This document shows positions 18,745-29,700 of a stretch of DNA of 64,000 nt, piece by piece. Positions within the stretch are counted from its first letter, which is position 1, and each line of letters starts with the position of its first letter. The notes under the pieces were generated by a model, which ran no database searches, had not been told where the DNA came from, and was given only the letters and a program-made list of their open reading frames with translations. Position numbers and translations under genes: made by a program. Source of the DNA: an uncultured Desulfospira sp. (GTDB lineage Bacteria > Desulfobacterota > Desulfobacteria > Desulfobacterales > Desulfobacteraceae); the NCBI GenBank assembly GCA_963663165.1, contig OY760175.1:2080001-2144000 (forward strand), read 5' to 3'.

Positions 18745-20636
18745 TAATTTAGAAACCGTTCTTCTATTTCTATTTCATTATTAGCCCTTAAGTCGTCAAC
18801 CCAAGTCTGAAAATACTGGCTTTGCTTCATCCAGGCCAGTTGATTTCTGGTCTCCTCAAGGTGGGAGGCCATATCCTCTTTGGCCGGTGCCTGCTTTTCC
18901 TTGAACGCCATCACAAGGGCGCCCTTGCTGGTTTCCAGCACACTGGGATAAATGGGATTTTCCTTGGTCAGACTGAATGCGGCCTCGGTAAATTCAGCCA
19001 AGGTGCCGACTTCTGAAACCTGATCTTCCCGCTTGAAAAGCTTGGAAGATTTTACACTAAGGCCGGCGGTTTGGGCGGCCTGCTCCAAGGAGCCGTCAGC
19101 CTTGGCCTTTTCAAGCACTTCCCCGGCCTGTTTGCCTGCCGCCTCTTTTTGAAGTTTTGTTTTAAGGGTTTTGGCAATCCGGTCCTTGACCGCGTCAAAG
19201 GCAAGCCGTTCAGGGGCAATCTTTTCAACGACCTTGATAATGTAATAATCATCGCCTAACTGCTGGACATCACTGGCTTCGGCTTCAGAAAGTTCAAAGG
19301 CCGCTTTGGCAAACTCGGCCTTTCTCATCATATCAAGTCCCTTTCCGGACCGGGTAAACGCTTCGGTTTTAATAATTTCCTTTTGAGCCGTCAGGGCCAC
19401 CTGTTCAAAATCATCCCCGTCAATAATGGCATCAAAGGCCTCGCCTGCCTGATAATACGCCATATTAACCATTTCCTGATGGGCCAGCGCTTTTTTAATC
19501 TCCTCGGTTGCCTGGGCCAGGGACCTCACCGATGCCTCATGTTTGGCTTCAACCTTAATGATGTGCCAGCCGAAACGGGTTTTCACAGGCTTGCTGATGT
19601 CTCCGGCCTTCATGGCAAAAGCGGCTTCCTCAAAGGGTTTGACCATCTGCCCCCGCTGGAACGACCCTAAATACCCGCCACTGGTTTTGGACGGCCCCTG
19701 GGAAAATTCCTTGGCCAGCTTTGCAAAATCCTCCCCTTTAGCAGCCTTTTCATAGATTTCCATGGCCTGGGACTTTGCCTTTTCCACCGTTTCGGTGTCG
19801 GCATCTTCAGCCACTTTGATCAGAATATGGCGGGCTTCCACTTTTTCAGGGGTTTTGTACTGGTCCTGATTCTGATTGTAATACTCTTCAATCTGGTTTT
19901 CAGGAACCTGAACCTTTCCCTTATTATCTTCAGGTGAAAATTTAATATAAACCGCTTTTAAGGCCGGTTCTGACTGATAGTCACCGGGATTGTCCTCGTA
20001 CACTTTTTTCATTTCATCTTCACTGGGGGCAACGTCGGCAAAGGCGTCGGGGGTGATTAACACATAATCCACGGCCATCTTTGTCTCATAAAACTCATAC
20101 CATTTTTCCGTCTCCATATCGGAAACAGTGATGCTGCTGAGAACCAGATTCCTGACTTTCTGTTGTTTTAAAGAGCTTTTCTGAAGGGCTTCAAAACTTT
20201 CCGGTGTCATGGAATTCAGGCCTAAAACCTTTTTATACAATTCCATATCAAAGGTGCCGTTCTGCTGAAACGCCTTGATGGAAAAAAGGGCTTGTGCCAG
20301 CTCTTTGTCCGTTACCTGAATATTGAGTTTATCGGCCTGGGCCAGCACCAATTTTTGTTCAATCAATGAGTCAAGGGTCTGCTGTTTGACGTTCAGCTGC
20401 TTTAAAAGGTCATCATTGAGGTTGTCGCCGAAACGCTGCCTCATCTGCTCCACGGTATTCCTGTAGGCATTCTGGAATTCATTGATGGTTATGGGCTCAT
20501 CATTCACCATGGCCACAATATTGTTCCGTTTTGAATTCATGGAACCAACACCTAGGAACACAAAAACGATCACAATGATTCCAAGAAAAATTTTAATAAT
20601 CCAGTTGCCTGTATTTGCACGCAGAACCCTTAGCAT
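18744..20636 (-). CDS. ppiD: PpiD-like membrane-anchored chaperone/parvulin PPIase
   Basis: N-terminal TM, SurA-N domain, ARHILI, FAKLAKEFS, GGYLG, PVKTRFGWHII rotamase motifs; GGAG RBS before ATG 20636. Confidence 0.88.
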   Translation of the reverse strand: MLRVLRANTGNWIIKIFLGIIVIVFVFLGVGSMNSKRNNIVAMVNDEPITINEFQNAYRNTVEQMRQRFGDNLNDDLLKQLNVKQQTLDSLIEQKLVLAQADKLNIQVTDKELAQALFSIKAFQQNGTFDMELYKKVLGLNSMTPESFEALQKSSLKQQKVRNLVLSSITVSDMETEKWYEFYETKMAVDYVLITPDAFADVAPSEDEMKKVYEDNPGDYQSEPALKAVYIKFSPEDNKGKVQVPENQIEEYYNQNQDQYKTPEKVEARHILIKVAEDADTETVEKAKSQAMEIYEKAAKGEDFAKLAKEFSQGPSKTSGGYLGSFQRGQMVKPFEEAAFAMKAGDISKPVKTRFGWHIIKVEAKHEASVRSLAQATEEIKKALAHQEMVNMAYYQAGEAFDAIIDGDDFEQVALTAQKEIIKTEAFTRSGKGLDMMRKAEFAKAAFELSEAEASDVQQLGDDYYIIKVVEKIAPERLAFDAVKDRIAKTLKTKLQKEAAGKQAGEVLEKAKADGSLEQAAQTAGLSVKSSKLFKREDQVSEVGTLAEFTEAAFSLTKENPIYPSVLETSKGALVMAFKEKQAPAKEDMASHLEETRNQLAWMKQSQYFQTWVDDLRANNEIEIEERFLN

Positions 20637-20821
20637 ATTATGCTCTCCTTCAAATATCCGAAATAAACTTAACCTATGGACTTCAAAAAACAAACCATAC
20701 TATATCTTCATAAAATCCCGTGTCAATGAATTATTGGCCTTTGCAACCAATTCTAAAAAAATCCAAACTTTTTTATTGACATAAAACCGGGTTTTGATTA
20801 TACATCAGCATCTTCTTTTGT

Positions 20822-20897
20822 GGGGCTGTAGCTCAGCTGGGAGAGCGCATGGCTGGCAGCCATGAGGTCAGGGGTTCGAGCCCCCTCAGCTCCACCA
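20822..20897 (+). tRNA. tRNA-Ala(GGC)
   Basis: GGGGCTG acceptor with G3:U70, anticodon loop CTGGCAG, GTTCGA T loop, encoded CCA; TTGACA-17-TATACA promoter at 20776-20804. Confidence 0.97.
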
Positions 20898-20907
20898 ACA
20901 TGAAATT

Positions 20908-20937
20908 AAGCTGCCGTTATTACGGTGGCTTTTTTTA
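20908..20937 (+). terminator. Intrinsic terminator after tRNA-Ala
   Basis: AAGCTGCCGT-TATT-ACGGTGGCTT hairpin followed by a T run. Confidence 0.75.
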
Positions 20938-21090
20938 TGTAAAAAACAAGCTTTGCCGCGTCTCTTCCTTGTTCCTTCCTGATCTTGAAAGCTTTAAGTA
21001 TTGTTTACCCCCTATTGAACACCCCGCCGGGAATATGGTAGAGTTCCCCTACATAGATCACTGATATTAACGGCGATTCAGGAACATTTT

Positions 21091-21963
21091 ATGCCTATGC
21101 TTTTTAAATCATTCAACTCTGGCGTTTTGACGTGTTGCATAATTTTCATGGCCGCTTCAAATTTTATTCCCCGTTCCTGCCCGGCCCGGGAGAGTTTCAC
21201 CAACAAAATCGGCATGAATTTTATAAAAATTCCGGCCGGCAGTTTTATCATGGGAAGCCCGGAATCGGAAATGGGCCGGAACTGGAATGAGCGCCAGCAC
21301 CGGGTAGTCATTTCCAAAAGCTTTTATATGGGGGAAACCGAAGTGACCCAGGGCCAGTGGAACCGGCTGGCCTCTCCCAATCCGTCCACATTTAAGGTCA
21401 CAGATGAGTACCCGGTGGATTCAGTGAACTGGAATGAGGCGGTCCTGTTTATTGCGTTTCTCAATAAGCTGGAAAAAACCACCAAATACCGGCTGCCCAC
21501 TGAGGCGGAATGGGAATATGCCTGCCGGGCCGGTTCCAGTGCGGCCTTTGCACGGGGGGGCATCACCACGACCTCCTGTGATGAGCCTGAGCCGGCACTG
21601 GAGAAGATGGCCTGGTATTGTTTTAATTCCGGCCGGCAAAATCCGGCCAGCGACTTCAGGCCCCATCCGGTAAAAACCATGAAACCCAATAAATGGGGCC
21701 TTTACGACATGCACGGGAATGTCCAGGAATGGGTCCAGGATGCCTGCCGGTGGCGTACTTTTCTCCATTCCAAAGTAGGGGTTATCACCGATACCTATGA
21801 AAACGATATTGTGGACCCATTGAACACCACCGGAGACCACAAGATTATTCGGGGCGGGGGATGGCACCAGAACGGCAAGTACCAGCGGTGCGCCTACAGA
21901 AGCTACTACAAACCCACCGCCGTTCGGAACAGCTTAGGGTTCAGGATTGTCCGGGATCAGTAG
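21091..21963 (+). CDS. Formylglycine-generating enzyme (FGE/SUMF1) domain protein, probably exported
   Basis: IPAGSFIMGS, TEVTQGQW, RLPTEAEWEYACRAG, PNKWGLYDMHGNVQEW, RGGGW, LGFR motifs. Confidence 0.92.
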   Translation: MPMLFKSFNSGVLTCCIIFMAASNFIPRSCPARESFTNKIGMNFIKIPAGSFIMGSPESEMGRNWNERQHRVVISKSFYMGETEVTQGQWNRLASPNPSTFKVTDEYPVDSVNWNEAVLFIAFLNKLEKTTKYRLPTEAEWEYACRAGSSAAFARGGITTTSCDEPEPALEKMAWYCFNSGRQNPASDFRPHPVKTMKPNKWGLYDMHGNVQEWVQDACRWRTFLHSKVGVITDTYENDIVDPLNTTGDHKIIRGGGWHQNGKYQRCAYRSYYKPTAVRNSLGFRIVRDQ

Positions 21964-22426
21964 TTTCATATCCCCGGATAATCCCCTTTAATCCGGGAAG
22001 GCCGGGAAGGTGCTTGTATAAAAAGGCGCCTGCGCCCAGTAAAACAGCGTCCCGGACAAGCAGCCAGAAGGCCGATGACGGATGGGACTGGTCTGCCAGG
22101 GAAAAACAGCCGCAGTCAAACTGGTGGCCCCGGATCAGGTTATACCCGATAATCAGAATAAACCCGGAAAGCAGCCCGTTAAGGATCAGCAGGGCCGAAG
22201 ACGGGAAAAAACCGGCCACCAGGCAAAGCCCTGCCACACATTCTATATAGGGAACCCAGATGGCCAGAAGGTTGATGGCCGTTTCAGGAAATACATCGTA
22301 TCCATAAATAATTTTGGCAAACTCCGCCGGGTGGATGATTTTGTGAAGGCTGGCATAGATAAAGCATCCCCCCATGACCACCCGGATGCCCCAGAGCAGC
22401 AGGGCCTTTTTATCCCGGTTATTCAA
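21941..22426 (-). CDS. MauE/DoxX family membrane protein
   Basis: FIYASLHKI..P..F, DCGCF, RD motifs; start TTG 22426 approximate. Confidence 0.85.
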   Translation of the reverse strand: MNNRDKKALLLWGIRVVMGGCFIYASLHKIIHPAEFAKIIYGYDVFPETAINLLAIWVPYIECVAGLCLVAGFFPSSALLILNGLLSGFILIIGYNLIRGHQFDCGCFSLADQSHPSSAFWLLVRDAVLLGAGAFLYKHLPGLPGLKGIIRGYETTDPGQS

Positions 22427-22913
22427 CTTCAAACCCCATTTCCTGCCACTGTTCAAATCCGCCCCCATATACCAGGACCTTTGAAAAGCCCATGGCCATT
22501 AACTGATCGGCAAAGGTGTGGCTGTCCGTGCAGTGGAACCCGGAACAGTACACCAGGACAGGGGATTCTTTTGTGACAAGAGCCAAAAGCCTGTCTATGC
22601 GTTGGTCAAATTCATCCAGGGGGAATGACAGGGCGCCGGGAAGGTGGCCTTCTTCATAGGAGAATCCAGGCCTTACATCCAGAACAACCATGGCATTGCC
22701 GGTCACAATCTCATAGACTTTCATGGGGTCGTTTATTTCAATGCCCGAGTGAACCGTATCGTTTTTGGCCTTTGCCGTGACAACCCCTTCGCTGGTGTTC
22801 CACTGGCCCACCAGGGCAATCCCCGAAGGAGAAAACCAGTTCACCCCAAGCCCTAAGCCCAAGGAAAAAAACAGAATCAGGACTACCCCGTTAACATCAG
22901 TTTTACGCAACAT
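22419..22913 (-). CDS. Rhodanese-like domain protein
   Basis: LDVR, YEEGHLPGA, VYCSGFHC, YGGGFEQW; N-terminal TM. Confidence 0.88.
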   Translation of the reverse strand: MLRKTDVNGVVLILFFSLGLGLGVNWFSPSGIALVGQWNTSEGVVTAKAKNDTVHSGIEINDPMKVYEIVTGNAMVVLDVRPGFSYEEGHLPGALSFPLDEFDQRIDRLLALVTKESPVLVYCSGFHCTDSHTFADQLMAMGFSKVLVYGGGFEQWQEMGFEVE

Positions 22914-22944
22914 ACCAAAATCTTCTTAACTGTCATGGGCTTTC

Positions 22945-23241
22945 TTAGAATCTCGCCCTGATTTTCTCAAACATTTCCAGACGTTTTTCCAAAATCAGCA
23001 GTTTAACCCATTGTTCCAGAAGGTCCTCCATCCGGTTTTCCGGGACACCGGCTTCCGGGTTCCCGGCCGGGCCGGCCTCTAAAGCAGCTTTTATTCTCAG
23101 ACAGGCTTGGGCCATATCGGACTTTAAGGTTGTGTCCTCGGCTTCGGCTTCAAGATATTGATAGATGTCAAGGGCCTCTTTGTGCCAGCCCTGGTTTTCA
23201 TAAACCCTGGCAAGTTCCACGGTCTTAAATTCATCTGTCAT
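22945..23241 (-). CDS. Hypothetical protein with a single TPR-like motif
   Basis: TVELARVYENQG..KEALDIY; ATGA overlap with the upstream gene. Confidence 0.7.
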   Translation of the reverse strand: MTDEFKTVELARVYENQGWHKEALDIYQYLEAEAEDTTLKSDMAQACLRIKAALEAGPAGNPEAGVPENRMEDLLEQWVKLLILEKRLEMFEKIRARF

Positions 23242-23543
23242 TGAAGATCCCCTTCCGGCTCTTTGGGCGTTGTCTTGAATATCATCTCGCCCTGCTCTGC
23301 CATTTCATGCTCATGTTTTGCCAGGTGTTTGATATAGTTAATGTCATTTTTCAGGCTTCTGATTTCTTCTTCAAGCCGCTTGTTTTCCTCTTCAACGGCA
23401 TGGATTCTTGACACAACCTCAGCCTCTTTGGCCTTAAGCCGCCTGAAATCCATTACCCCGTTTTTTGAAAAAAAAATCATAAACAGCATAACGGCAATCA
23501 AAGCCATGGCCAGGTAAAATCCAATTTTCTCAAATACGGTCAT
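23238..23543 (-). CDS. ftsB: FtsB/DivIC septum formation initiator family protein
   Basis: TM, G, coiled coil (ENKRLEEEIRSLK), YIKHLAK...M...GE pattern; ATG 23543 overlaps the murJ stop. Confidence 0.8.
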   Translation of the reverse strand: MTVFEKIGFYLAMALIAVMLFMIFFSKNGVMDFRRLKAKEAEVVSRIHAVEEENKRLEEEIRSLKNDINYIKHLAKHEHEMAEQGEMIFKTTPKEPEGDLQ

Positions 23544-25090
23544 TGACGGTTCCGTTTTATCAGTTGCTTGACCATGTCCATTTCCCTGGCTGCCCCAACC
23601 AGACCAAGCCCTCCATAGATACAAACCCCTAGCGCGATGCAGGCAAACACGGCCATCCCGGACATCAGGCGGCTGCCGGTCTCAAGAATGCTGATCTGCC
23701 CGGCAGCCCAATGAACAGGAAAAAACATTATACCAGACAGAATTATTGCCCGGCAAGCGGAAACCATAATCCTTGCCCTGGAAAAATCCACCCCTTTAGG
23801 GACCCTTGCAAAAAGGCAGGCAAACCCTACCGCACTGGATAAAGAGACGGCCAGGGCAAGCCCCTGATACCCCATGGACCGTCCCAGAAAAAAACAGATT
23901 ACCCCATTAATCCCCATGGTCAACACCCCCACGGCAAACGGATAGGCCACACTGGAACAGGCAAAATGAAGGGTGACAAACAACCGGGTCCCGGCATAGG
24001 CCCACAACCCGGTCACCAGATAAAAAAGGCAGGCAGCCGTATGATTCGCCGCTTGGCCATCAAACTGGCCCTGTTCAAAAAAAAGACGGACAACCGGTTC
24101 ATGAATCGCCAGAAGTCCCATCATGGCCGGGATGGTCACAAAAAAAACCAGCCGCCCGCCCCGTTCAAAAATGCGGGATGCCTGGGAAAGGTTCCCGGCA
24201 ACAAAGCTCCGGGATAAGTCCGGCAGGAGGACCGCACAAAAAGCCCCGCCAAAAAGGGCTAAAGGGAACTGAACCAGCCGGTCTGAATAATACAGAAAAG
24301 AGACACTGCCCTCCATATTGGAGGAGGCAAAAAAAGACGCAATCAGCACATTCAGCTGGTAGGAAGCCGCCCCGATAATGGACGGCAGCATTTTTTTGGC
24401 GGCCTGTACAATTCCGGGATGAAAGAGCTTAAATACATAGGGGACGGTTCCAATATATGTGAACAAAAATGGGATCTGAAGAATCACCTGTATCAATCCG
24501 CCCAGGCCCACCCCGACAGCCAGCCAGGTGATATCCAGATTAAAGGTTTTGGAAACCGCCACCGTGGCCAGAATCACCACCAGATTGAACAGTACCGGGG
24601 TGAGGGCCGGCACCCTGAAATGGCCATAGGAGTTCAACACCCCCATGCTCAGGGAAACCAGCATGACAAACCCGAGATACGGCATCATGATTTTCAACAG
24701 CAGAACCGTTAATCTGAACTGCTCCGGGTTGGCTTCAAATCCGGGGGCCATCCCCCTTACCATCAGGGGGGCCAGAACAATCCCTGAAAGCACCAGCAGC
24801 GTCCCCGAAAAGGAAAGCAGCACCAGGGCGGACATAAACATGGCCCGGGCCTGATCCGGCCGGTCCAGTTCAAGATAGGACGAAAAAACCGGCACAAAGG
24901 CAATGGTCATAATGCCGTCAGAAAAGGTTTTTCTTAACAGGTCAAAAGGGCGGAAGGCCATAAAGAAGGCATCACTTACCCATCCGGCCCCCAGAACCCC
25001 TGCGATCAGCATATCCCTGACCAGTCCAAGAACCCTTGAAACCAGGGTAAGCCCGCTGACTTCCGATGCTTTCCTGAAGATACTTCTCAT
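23540..25090 (-). CDS. murJ: Lipid II flippase MurJ (MviN)
   Basis: TLVSRVLGLVRD, DAF..AF, AFVPVF, YYSDRLVQFP motifs; many TM segments. Confidence 0.92.
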   Translation of the reverse strand: MRSIFRKASEVSGLTLVSRVLGLVRDMLIAGVLGAGWVSDAFFMAFRPFDLLRKTFSDGIMTIAFVPVFSSYLELDRPDQARAMFMSALVLLSFSGTLLVLSGIVLAPLMVRGMAPGFEANPEQFRLTVLLLKIMMPYLGFVMLVSLSMGVLNSYGHFRVPALTPVLFNLVVILATVAVSKTFNLDITWLAVGVGLGGLIQVILQIPFLFTYIGTVPYVFKLFHPGIVQAAKKMLPSIIGAASYQLNVLIASFFASSNMEGSVSFLYYSDRLVQFPLALFGGAFCAVLLPDLSRSFVAGNLSQASRIFERGGRLVFFVTIPAMMGLLAIHEPVVRLFFEQGQFDGQAANHTAACLFYLVTGLWAYAGTRLFVTLHFACSSVAYPFAVGVLTMGINGVICFFLGRSMGYQGLALAVSLSSAVGFACLFARVPKGVDFSRARIMVSACRAIILSGIMFFPVHWAAGQISILETGSRLMSGMAVFACIALGVCIYGGLGLVGAAREMDMVKQLIKRNRQ

Positions 25091-25098
25091 TGTTTTTC

Positions 25099-25127
25099 TT
25101 GACAAAAATAAAAACTACCCTTATGCT
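25099..25127 (+). promoter_or_regulatory. Sigma70 promoter of rpsT
   Basis: TTGACA-17 nt-TATGCT, 60 nt before the TTG start. Confidence 0.65.
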
Positions 25128-25187
25128 GTTGAATTTGAAATATGATTACCAGTATCCATACACAACAGAATAAGGAGTGAAACCAAG

Positions 25188-25442
25188 TTGGCGAATCATA
25201 AGTCCGCAAAAAAACGCGCAAAACAAAGTCAGGTCCGGCGCCTTAGAAACAAATCCGTAAAAACCTCTTTAAAAACCCTTGAAAAAAAGCTTCGAGCCGC
25301 CCAGGAAGAAGGCGCGGACACCAAGGACGCGCTGATGCGTAAAACCCAGTCCGCACTCCACAAAGCTGCCAAAAAAGGCATTATTCACAAAAAAACGGCG
25401 TCCAGAAAAATTTCAAGGTTATCGAAACTTGTAAGCGCTTAA
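25188..25442 (+). CDS. rpsT: 30S ribosomal protein S20
   Basis: ANHKSAKKR, KGIIHK..ASRKISRL; AAGGAG RBS, TTG start. Confidence 0.97.
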   Translation: MANHKSAKKRAKQSQVRRLRNKSVKTSLKTLEKKLRAAQEEGADTKDALMRKTQSALHKAAKKGIIHKKTASRKISRLSKLVSA

Positions 25443-25505
25443 AACAGGACCCCTTCAGGGCCTGTGGCAAAAGCTTACTTTTTTTTGCCGGAACACAACA
25501 AAGAA

Positions 25506-25553
25506 ATCAACAGGATTTGTAAGGTTATCTAACCCTGTACAAATCCTGTTGAT
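25506..25553. terminator. Long hairpin between convergent rpsT and lptE, probable terminator
   Basis: ATCAACAGGATTTGT ... ACAAATCCTGTTGAT perfect 15 bp arms. Confidence 0.6.
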
Positions 25554-25683
25554 GGTCTTATTCTGACCGGTTTGCCAACAATCACCGTTCTTTTTTTTAT
25601 TCTTCGGCACTCACCGCTGTTATCTATCCCGCCAAGACGGCCACCCAGGCCAAGATTGGGCGTTCTTTTCACACATCTTTAAG

Positions 25684-26190
25684 CTAAAAATTGAGCATCA
25701 TTTGGCTGACAACCTTTTCAGCGCTTCGTTCGGCAATTTTTTCCACCGCCTCACGGATACTGGCTTCGTTATCCACATTGCTTTCTGAAACCGTGTAATC
25801 TTCTTTGGAAATCAGGTTGCTTACAGACCAAAGCACCTTCTTGTCAGGACCTATCAGCTGAACATCCACCGTTGCGGTGATGCGGCGCTCCACAACCGTT
25901 TCCGTTGAAGACCGGGACAATGTGCCAAAGCTGATGGACTTAACAATCCCAACAATTTTCCGGGTGGCCACTGATGAATCAACCACCCGGGTATCGGTTT
26001 TCTCCAGGATCTTTCGGATCAGCTCATTGGCAAAGGTAACCCCGGCCCGGGTCTGTGAACTGCGGTTGTCAAACATATCAACCGCCACCCGGGTGACGTT
26101 TTCATTAATATACCCCCCGCCTTCCAGACGGTAGCCGCACGAAGAAAAGAAACACAGGACGGCCAATGAAACCCCCAACAGTTTTTTCAT
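25684..26190 (-). CDS. lptE: LPS assembly lipoprotein LptE
   Basis: Lipobox SSCGY; directly downstream of leuS as in the conserved gene order. Confidence 0.85.
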   Translation of the reverse strand: MKKLLGVSLAVLCFFSSCGYRLEGGGYINENVTRVAVDMFDNRSSQTRAGVTFANELIRKILEKTDTRVVDSSVATRKIVGIVKSISFGTLSRSSTETVVERRITATVDVQLIGPDKKVLWSVSNLISKEDYTVSESNVDNEASIREAVEKIAERSAEKVVSQMMLNF

Positions 26191-26192
26191 AG

Positions 26193-28790
26193 TTACACCA
26201 CGATGTTTACAAGGGTTTGTTTTTTTCTGATCACAATGATCTTTTTCACGGGTTTATCCTGAATATGTTTCCCCACATTTGAGTCTGCCAGGGCGGTTTC
26301 TTTGACAAGCGTTTCTTCGGCCTGGGCGCTGATGTTAAACTTTGACCTGACTTTCCCGTTCACCTGAACCACCACCAGCATTTCATCGGTTTCCAGGCTG
26401 TCTTCCCGGAACTTGGGCCAGGGCTGCTCCAGAATCGAGCCTTTTCCCCCCATTTTCTCAAAGAGTTCTTCACAAAAATGAGGCATAATGGGACTTAACA
26501 ACAGCAGGCTGTTTTCCAGGGCAAACATCAAAACCGGCTTCATTTCAGGGTCGTCCATATCGGCATTGTACATGGCGTTGACAAGCTCCATGACCGCAGA
26601 AATGGCCGTGTTAAAATGAAAGCTTTTATCAATATCGTCCCCGACCTTTTTGATGGTCTGGTTTGCCTTGATATACAATTCCTTGGCATCCGAGGACTTG
26701 ATCCCTGCCGCAGGCCCCCGATAAGCCTCAACCGGACCCATGGTGTCCATGCAGGTTAAGGCCAGGCGCCAGACCCGGTTCACAAACCGGTTGGACCCTT
26801 CCACGCCATCCTCACTCCATTCAAGGTCCCGCTCGGGCGGTGCGGCAAACAGGCAGAACAGCCGGGTAACATCGGCCCCGTACTTTTCAAGAAGCTCATT
26901 GGGGTCCACCACATTTTTCTTGGATTTGGACATTTTGATCACCCGGCCCACATCCACGGATTTCCCGCACATCACACAGGAAAAGGACCCGTCAGGCTGT
27001 TTTTGGGCCTGTTCGGGAAACAGGTAGCCGTGTTCAGGACAGGTCATGGTCTCCTTACAGACCATCCCCTGGGTCAAAAGCCGCGTAAAGGGTTCTTTGA
27101 ATTCAACCAGTCCCAGGGTATTTAAAACCCGCATAAAATACCGGGAATACAAAAGATGGAGGACCGCATGTTCCACCCCGCCGATGTACTGATCCACCGG
27201 GGCCCAGTATTTAACCGCGTCAAGGTCAAACATGCCTTGATCATACCGGGGGGAGCAATACCGTAAATAATACCAGGAGGATTCCACAAAGGTATCCATG
27301 GTATCGGTATCCCTTCGGGCATCTTTCCGGCCGCATTTGGGACAGACTGCCTTGGCAAAATAATCCAGAGTGGGAAGCGGAGAGCCGCCCTTTTCAAGAA
27401 GGTTGGCATCTTCAGGCAAACGAATGGGCAGGTCCTGCTCGGGAACCGGGACAACGCCACAGTCCGGACAGTGGATCACAGGGATGGGCGCCCCCCAATA
27501 CCGCTGGCGGGAAATACCCCAGTCCCGGAGCCGGTAGGAAACCGCTTTTTTACCGACCCCTTCCCGGGCCAGCCAGTCCACCATTTTTTCTAAAGCATCC
27601 TGGCTGTCCATCCCGTCAAACTGACCGGAATTCACCATGACGCCCCGGCCGGCATAGGCCTCGGTCATGGTTTCAGAATCCAGGTTTTCCCCATCGGGCT
27701 GAACCACCACCCGAATTTCAAGGCCGTATTTCTTTGCAAAATCAAAGTCTCTCTGGTCCCCGGCCGGTACCGACATGATGGCACCGGTGCCGTATCCCAT
27801 CAGCACAAAGTTGGCGGTATAAACAGGGATCTTTTCGTTGGTGGCCGGGTTGATACAGTAGGCCCCGGTAAACACCCCTTCTTTCTCATATTTTTCAATC
27901 CCGTCGGCAGAACGCTCCTGCTTGGATACCTTGTCAACGAATGCCGCCACCGTTTCCTGCTGGTCTGTACCCTGGGACAGGGTCTCCACCAGGGGATGCT
28001 CCGGGGCCAGACACATGAAAGTTGCCCCGAAAATGGTGTCCGGCCTTGTGGTGAACACCACCAGTTCTTCATCTTTTCCGTCTATTTTAAACTTAAGCTC
28101 CGCCCCCACGCTCTTGCCAATCCAGTTTTTCTGCATGACCGTGACCTTGTCGGGCCATCCGGGGAGTTTGTCGCAGTAGACCAGCAGGTCTTCGGCATAA
28201 TCCGTGATCCTGAAAAACCACTGCCAGAGCTTTTTTTGCTGAACCACTTTGCCGCAGCGCCAGCAGCAGTCCTGTTCCACCTGCTCGTTGGCCAGCACGG
28301 TCTGACATTTTTCACACCAGTTAACATAGGACTCTTTGCGGTAGGCCATGTCCTTTTCAAGCATTTTCAAGAACAGCCACTGCTCCCACCGGTAATATTC
28401 CGGCCGGCACGTGGCAATTTCCCTGTCCCAGTCATAGGAAAATCCCATTTTCTTTAACTGGGCCCTCATGGCCCGGATATTGTCATAGGTCCAGGCCGCC
28501 GGATGGGTATTGTTATCAATGGCCGCGTTTTCAGCCGGCATGCCAAAGGCATCCCAGCCCATGGGATGAATCACGTTAAATCCCTTCATCCGCTTATACC
28601 GGACCACCACATCACCGATGGTGTAATTCCTGACGTGGCCTATATGAATTTTTCCCGACGGATAGGGGAACATCTCCAGCAGATAGTACTTTTCTTTTGA
28701 CGGATCTTCTGAAACCCTAAAAAGCCCCCTCTCATTCCAGTATGCCTGCCACTTGGGCTCAACCGCCTCAGGGCTGTACTTCTCCTCCAT
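26193..28790 (-). CDS. leuS: Leucine--tRNA ligase
   Basis: MFPYPSG, HIGH, GWDAFG, FTTRPDT, KMSKS, VVQVNGK. Confidence 0.98.
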   Translation of the reverse strand: MEEKYSPEAVEPKWQAYWNERGLFRVSEDPSKEKYYLLEMFPYPSGKIHIGHVRNYTIGDVVVRYKRMKGFNVIHPMGWDAFGMPAENAAIDNNTHPAAWTYDNIRAMRAQLKKMGFSYDWDREIATCRPEYYRWEQWLFLKMLEKDMAYRKESYVNWCEKCQTVLANEQVEQDCCWRCGKVVQQKKLWQWFFRITDYAEDLLVYCDKLPGWPDKVTVMQKNWIGKSVGAELKFKIDGKDEELVVFTTRPDTIFGATFMCLAPEHPLVETLSQGTDQQETVAAFVDKVSKQERSADGIEKYEKEGVFTGAYCINPATNEKIPVYTANFVLMGYGTGAIMSVPAGDQRDFDFAKKYGLEIRVVVQPDGENLDSETMTEAYAGRGVMVNSGQFDGMDSQDALEKMVDWLAREGVGKKAVSYRLRDWGISRQRYWGAPIPVIHCPDCGVVPVPEQDLPIRLPEDANLLEKGGSPLPTLDYFAKAVCPKCGRKDARRDTDTMDTFVESSWYYLRYCSPRYDQGMFDLDAVKYWAPVDQYIGGVEHAVLHLLYSRYFMRVLNTLGLVEFKEPFTRLLTQGMVCKETMTCPEHGYLFPEQAQKQPDGSFSCVMCGKSVDVGRVIKMSKSKKNVVDPNELLEKYGADVTRLFCLFAAPPERDLEWSEDGVEGSNRFVNRVWRLALTCMDTMGPVEAYRGPAAGIKSSDAKELYIKANQTIKKVGDDIDKSFHFNTAISAVMELVNAMYNADMDDPEMKPVLMFALENSLLLLSPIMPHFCEELFEKMGGKGSILEQPWPKFREDSLETDEMLVVVQVNGKVRSKFNISAQAEETLVKETALADSNVGKHIQDKPVKKIIVIRKKQTLVNIVV

Positions 28791-29108
28791 TACACCATTC
28801 CTTTCAAAAGCGTCTTTTGTAACTGTCTAAATGAATTTTTTAAAATGCCATAACCCGGGTCAAATGGCAAGGTCATTTATATATAAGCCTCACTAACATT
28901 CTGGAAAGACTTTTATTTTTTGTTGCGGACCGATATGTGACCGGACAATCGGAACCGTTCCGCCTTCTGGATTTTAAGGGCGTGATCGGTATTTAAGTTT
29001 CAACAGGCTGGAATCCCAGGAAAATCAATTTTAATATTGACCACAAACAACCTTGAGTGATATATATAATGGTTTTTTAATCGCCTGGCTGTCGGGTGAT
29101 ATAACTTA

Positions 29109-29152
29109 ACCCTTGCTCCGGACCGGTTCCGGGGCTTTATATCCGTGAGGAG
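29109..29152 (+). promoter_or_regulatory. S6:S18 ribosomal protein leader (autoregulatory RNA motif)
   Basis: CCTTGCTCCGGA...TCCGGGGC hairpin, unpaired CCG, then GAGGAG SD able to pair with the 5' pyrimidines; immediately upstream of rpsF. Confidence 0.6.
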
Positions 29153-29157
29153 TAAAA

Positions 29158-29676
29158 ATGAGGAAGTATGAAACTGTTTTTATTTCTGACCCTGATCTTC
29201 AGGACCAGCAGCGTTCTGAACTGTTTGAGAGAGTCAGAAATATCATTGCCAGAGAAAACGGTATTCTTTTAGACTTTGATGAATGGGGCAACAAAAAGCT
29301 TGCCTATGAAATCAAGAAAAAGCTCAGGGGACATTACGTCTGCATGACCTATGGCGGCACCGGCGAACTGGTGACCGAGCTTGAAAGAAATCTTCGTCTC
29401 AGTGACAACATCATGAAATTCATGACCGTTCTTCTGACCGCCGACATAACGGTAGAAGAATTGGAACAAGAAGCAAAAGAAGCGGCCAAAAATCAGCAGG
29501 CCCGCAAAGAAGCGGCTGAACAAGCCAAGGAAGAAGAGGAAGAAGAAACCCAGCCGGAAGGTGATGATGAAGCGCCTGCTGAACCCAAAGCCCAGGCCCC
29601 CCCTGCTGACGAGACCCCCGCGGCCGTAGAAGAAGGGGATGAGGCTTCTGAACCAGTTGAGAAGACAGAAGAATAA
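29158..29676 (+). CDS. rpsF: 30S ribosomal protein S6 with long acidic tail
   Basis: MRKYET, EWG.KKLAYEIKK...GHY. Confidence 0.96.
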   Translation: MRKYETVFISDPDLQDQQRSELFERVRNIIARENGILLDFDEWGNKKLAYEIKKKLRGHYVCMTYGGTGELVTELERNLRLSDNIMKFMTVLLTADITVEELEQEAKEAAKNQQARKEAAEQAKEEEEEETQPEGDDEAPAEPKAQAPPADETPAAVEEGDEASEPVEKTEE

Positions 29677-29700
29677 ACTGAAGACATAAGGAAAATCACT

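Noticed and set aside
20822..21963. tRNA-Ala as an island integration site, and the FGE gene as a DGR target
   Set aside because: No duplicate of the tRNA 3' end, no integrase, no template repeat and no reverse transcriptase seen in the window; a remote DGR cannot be excluded.
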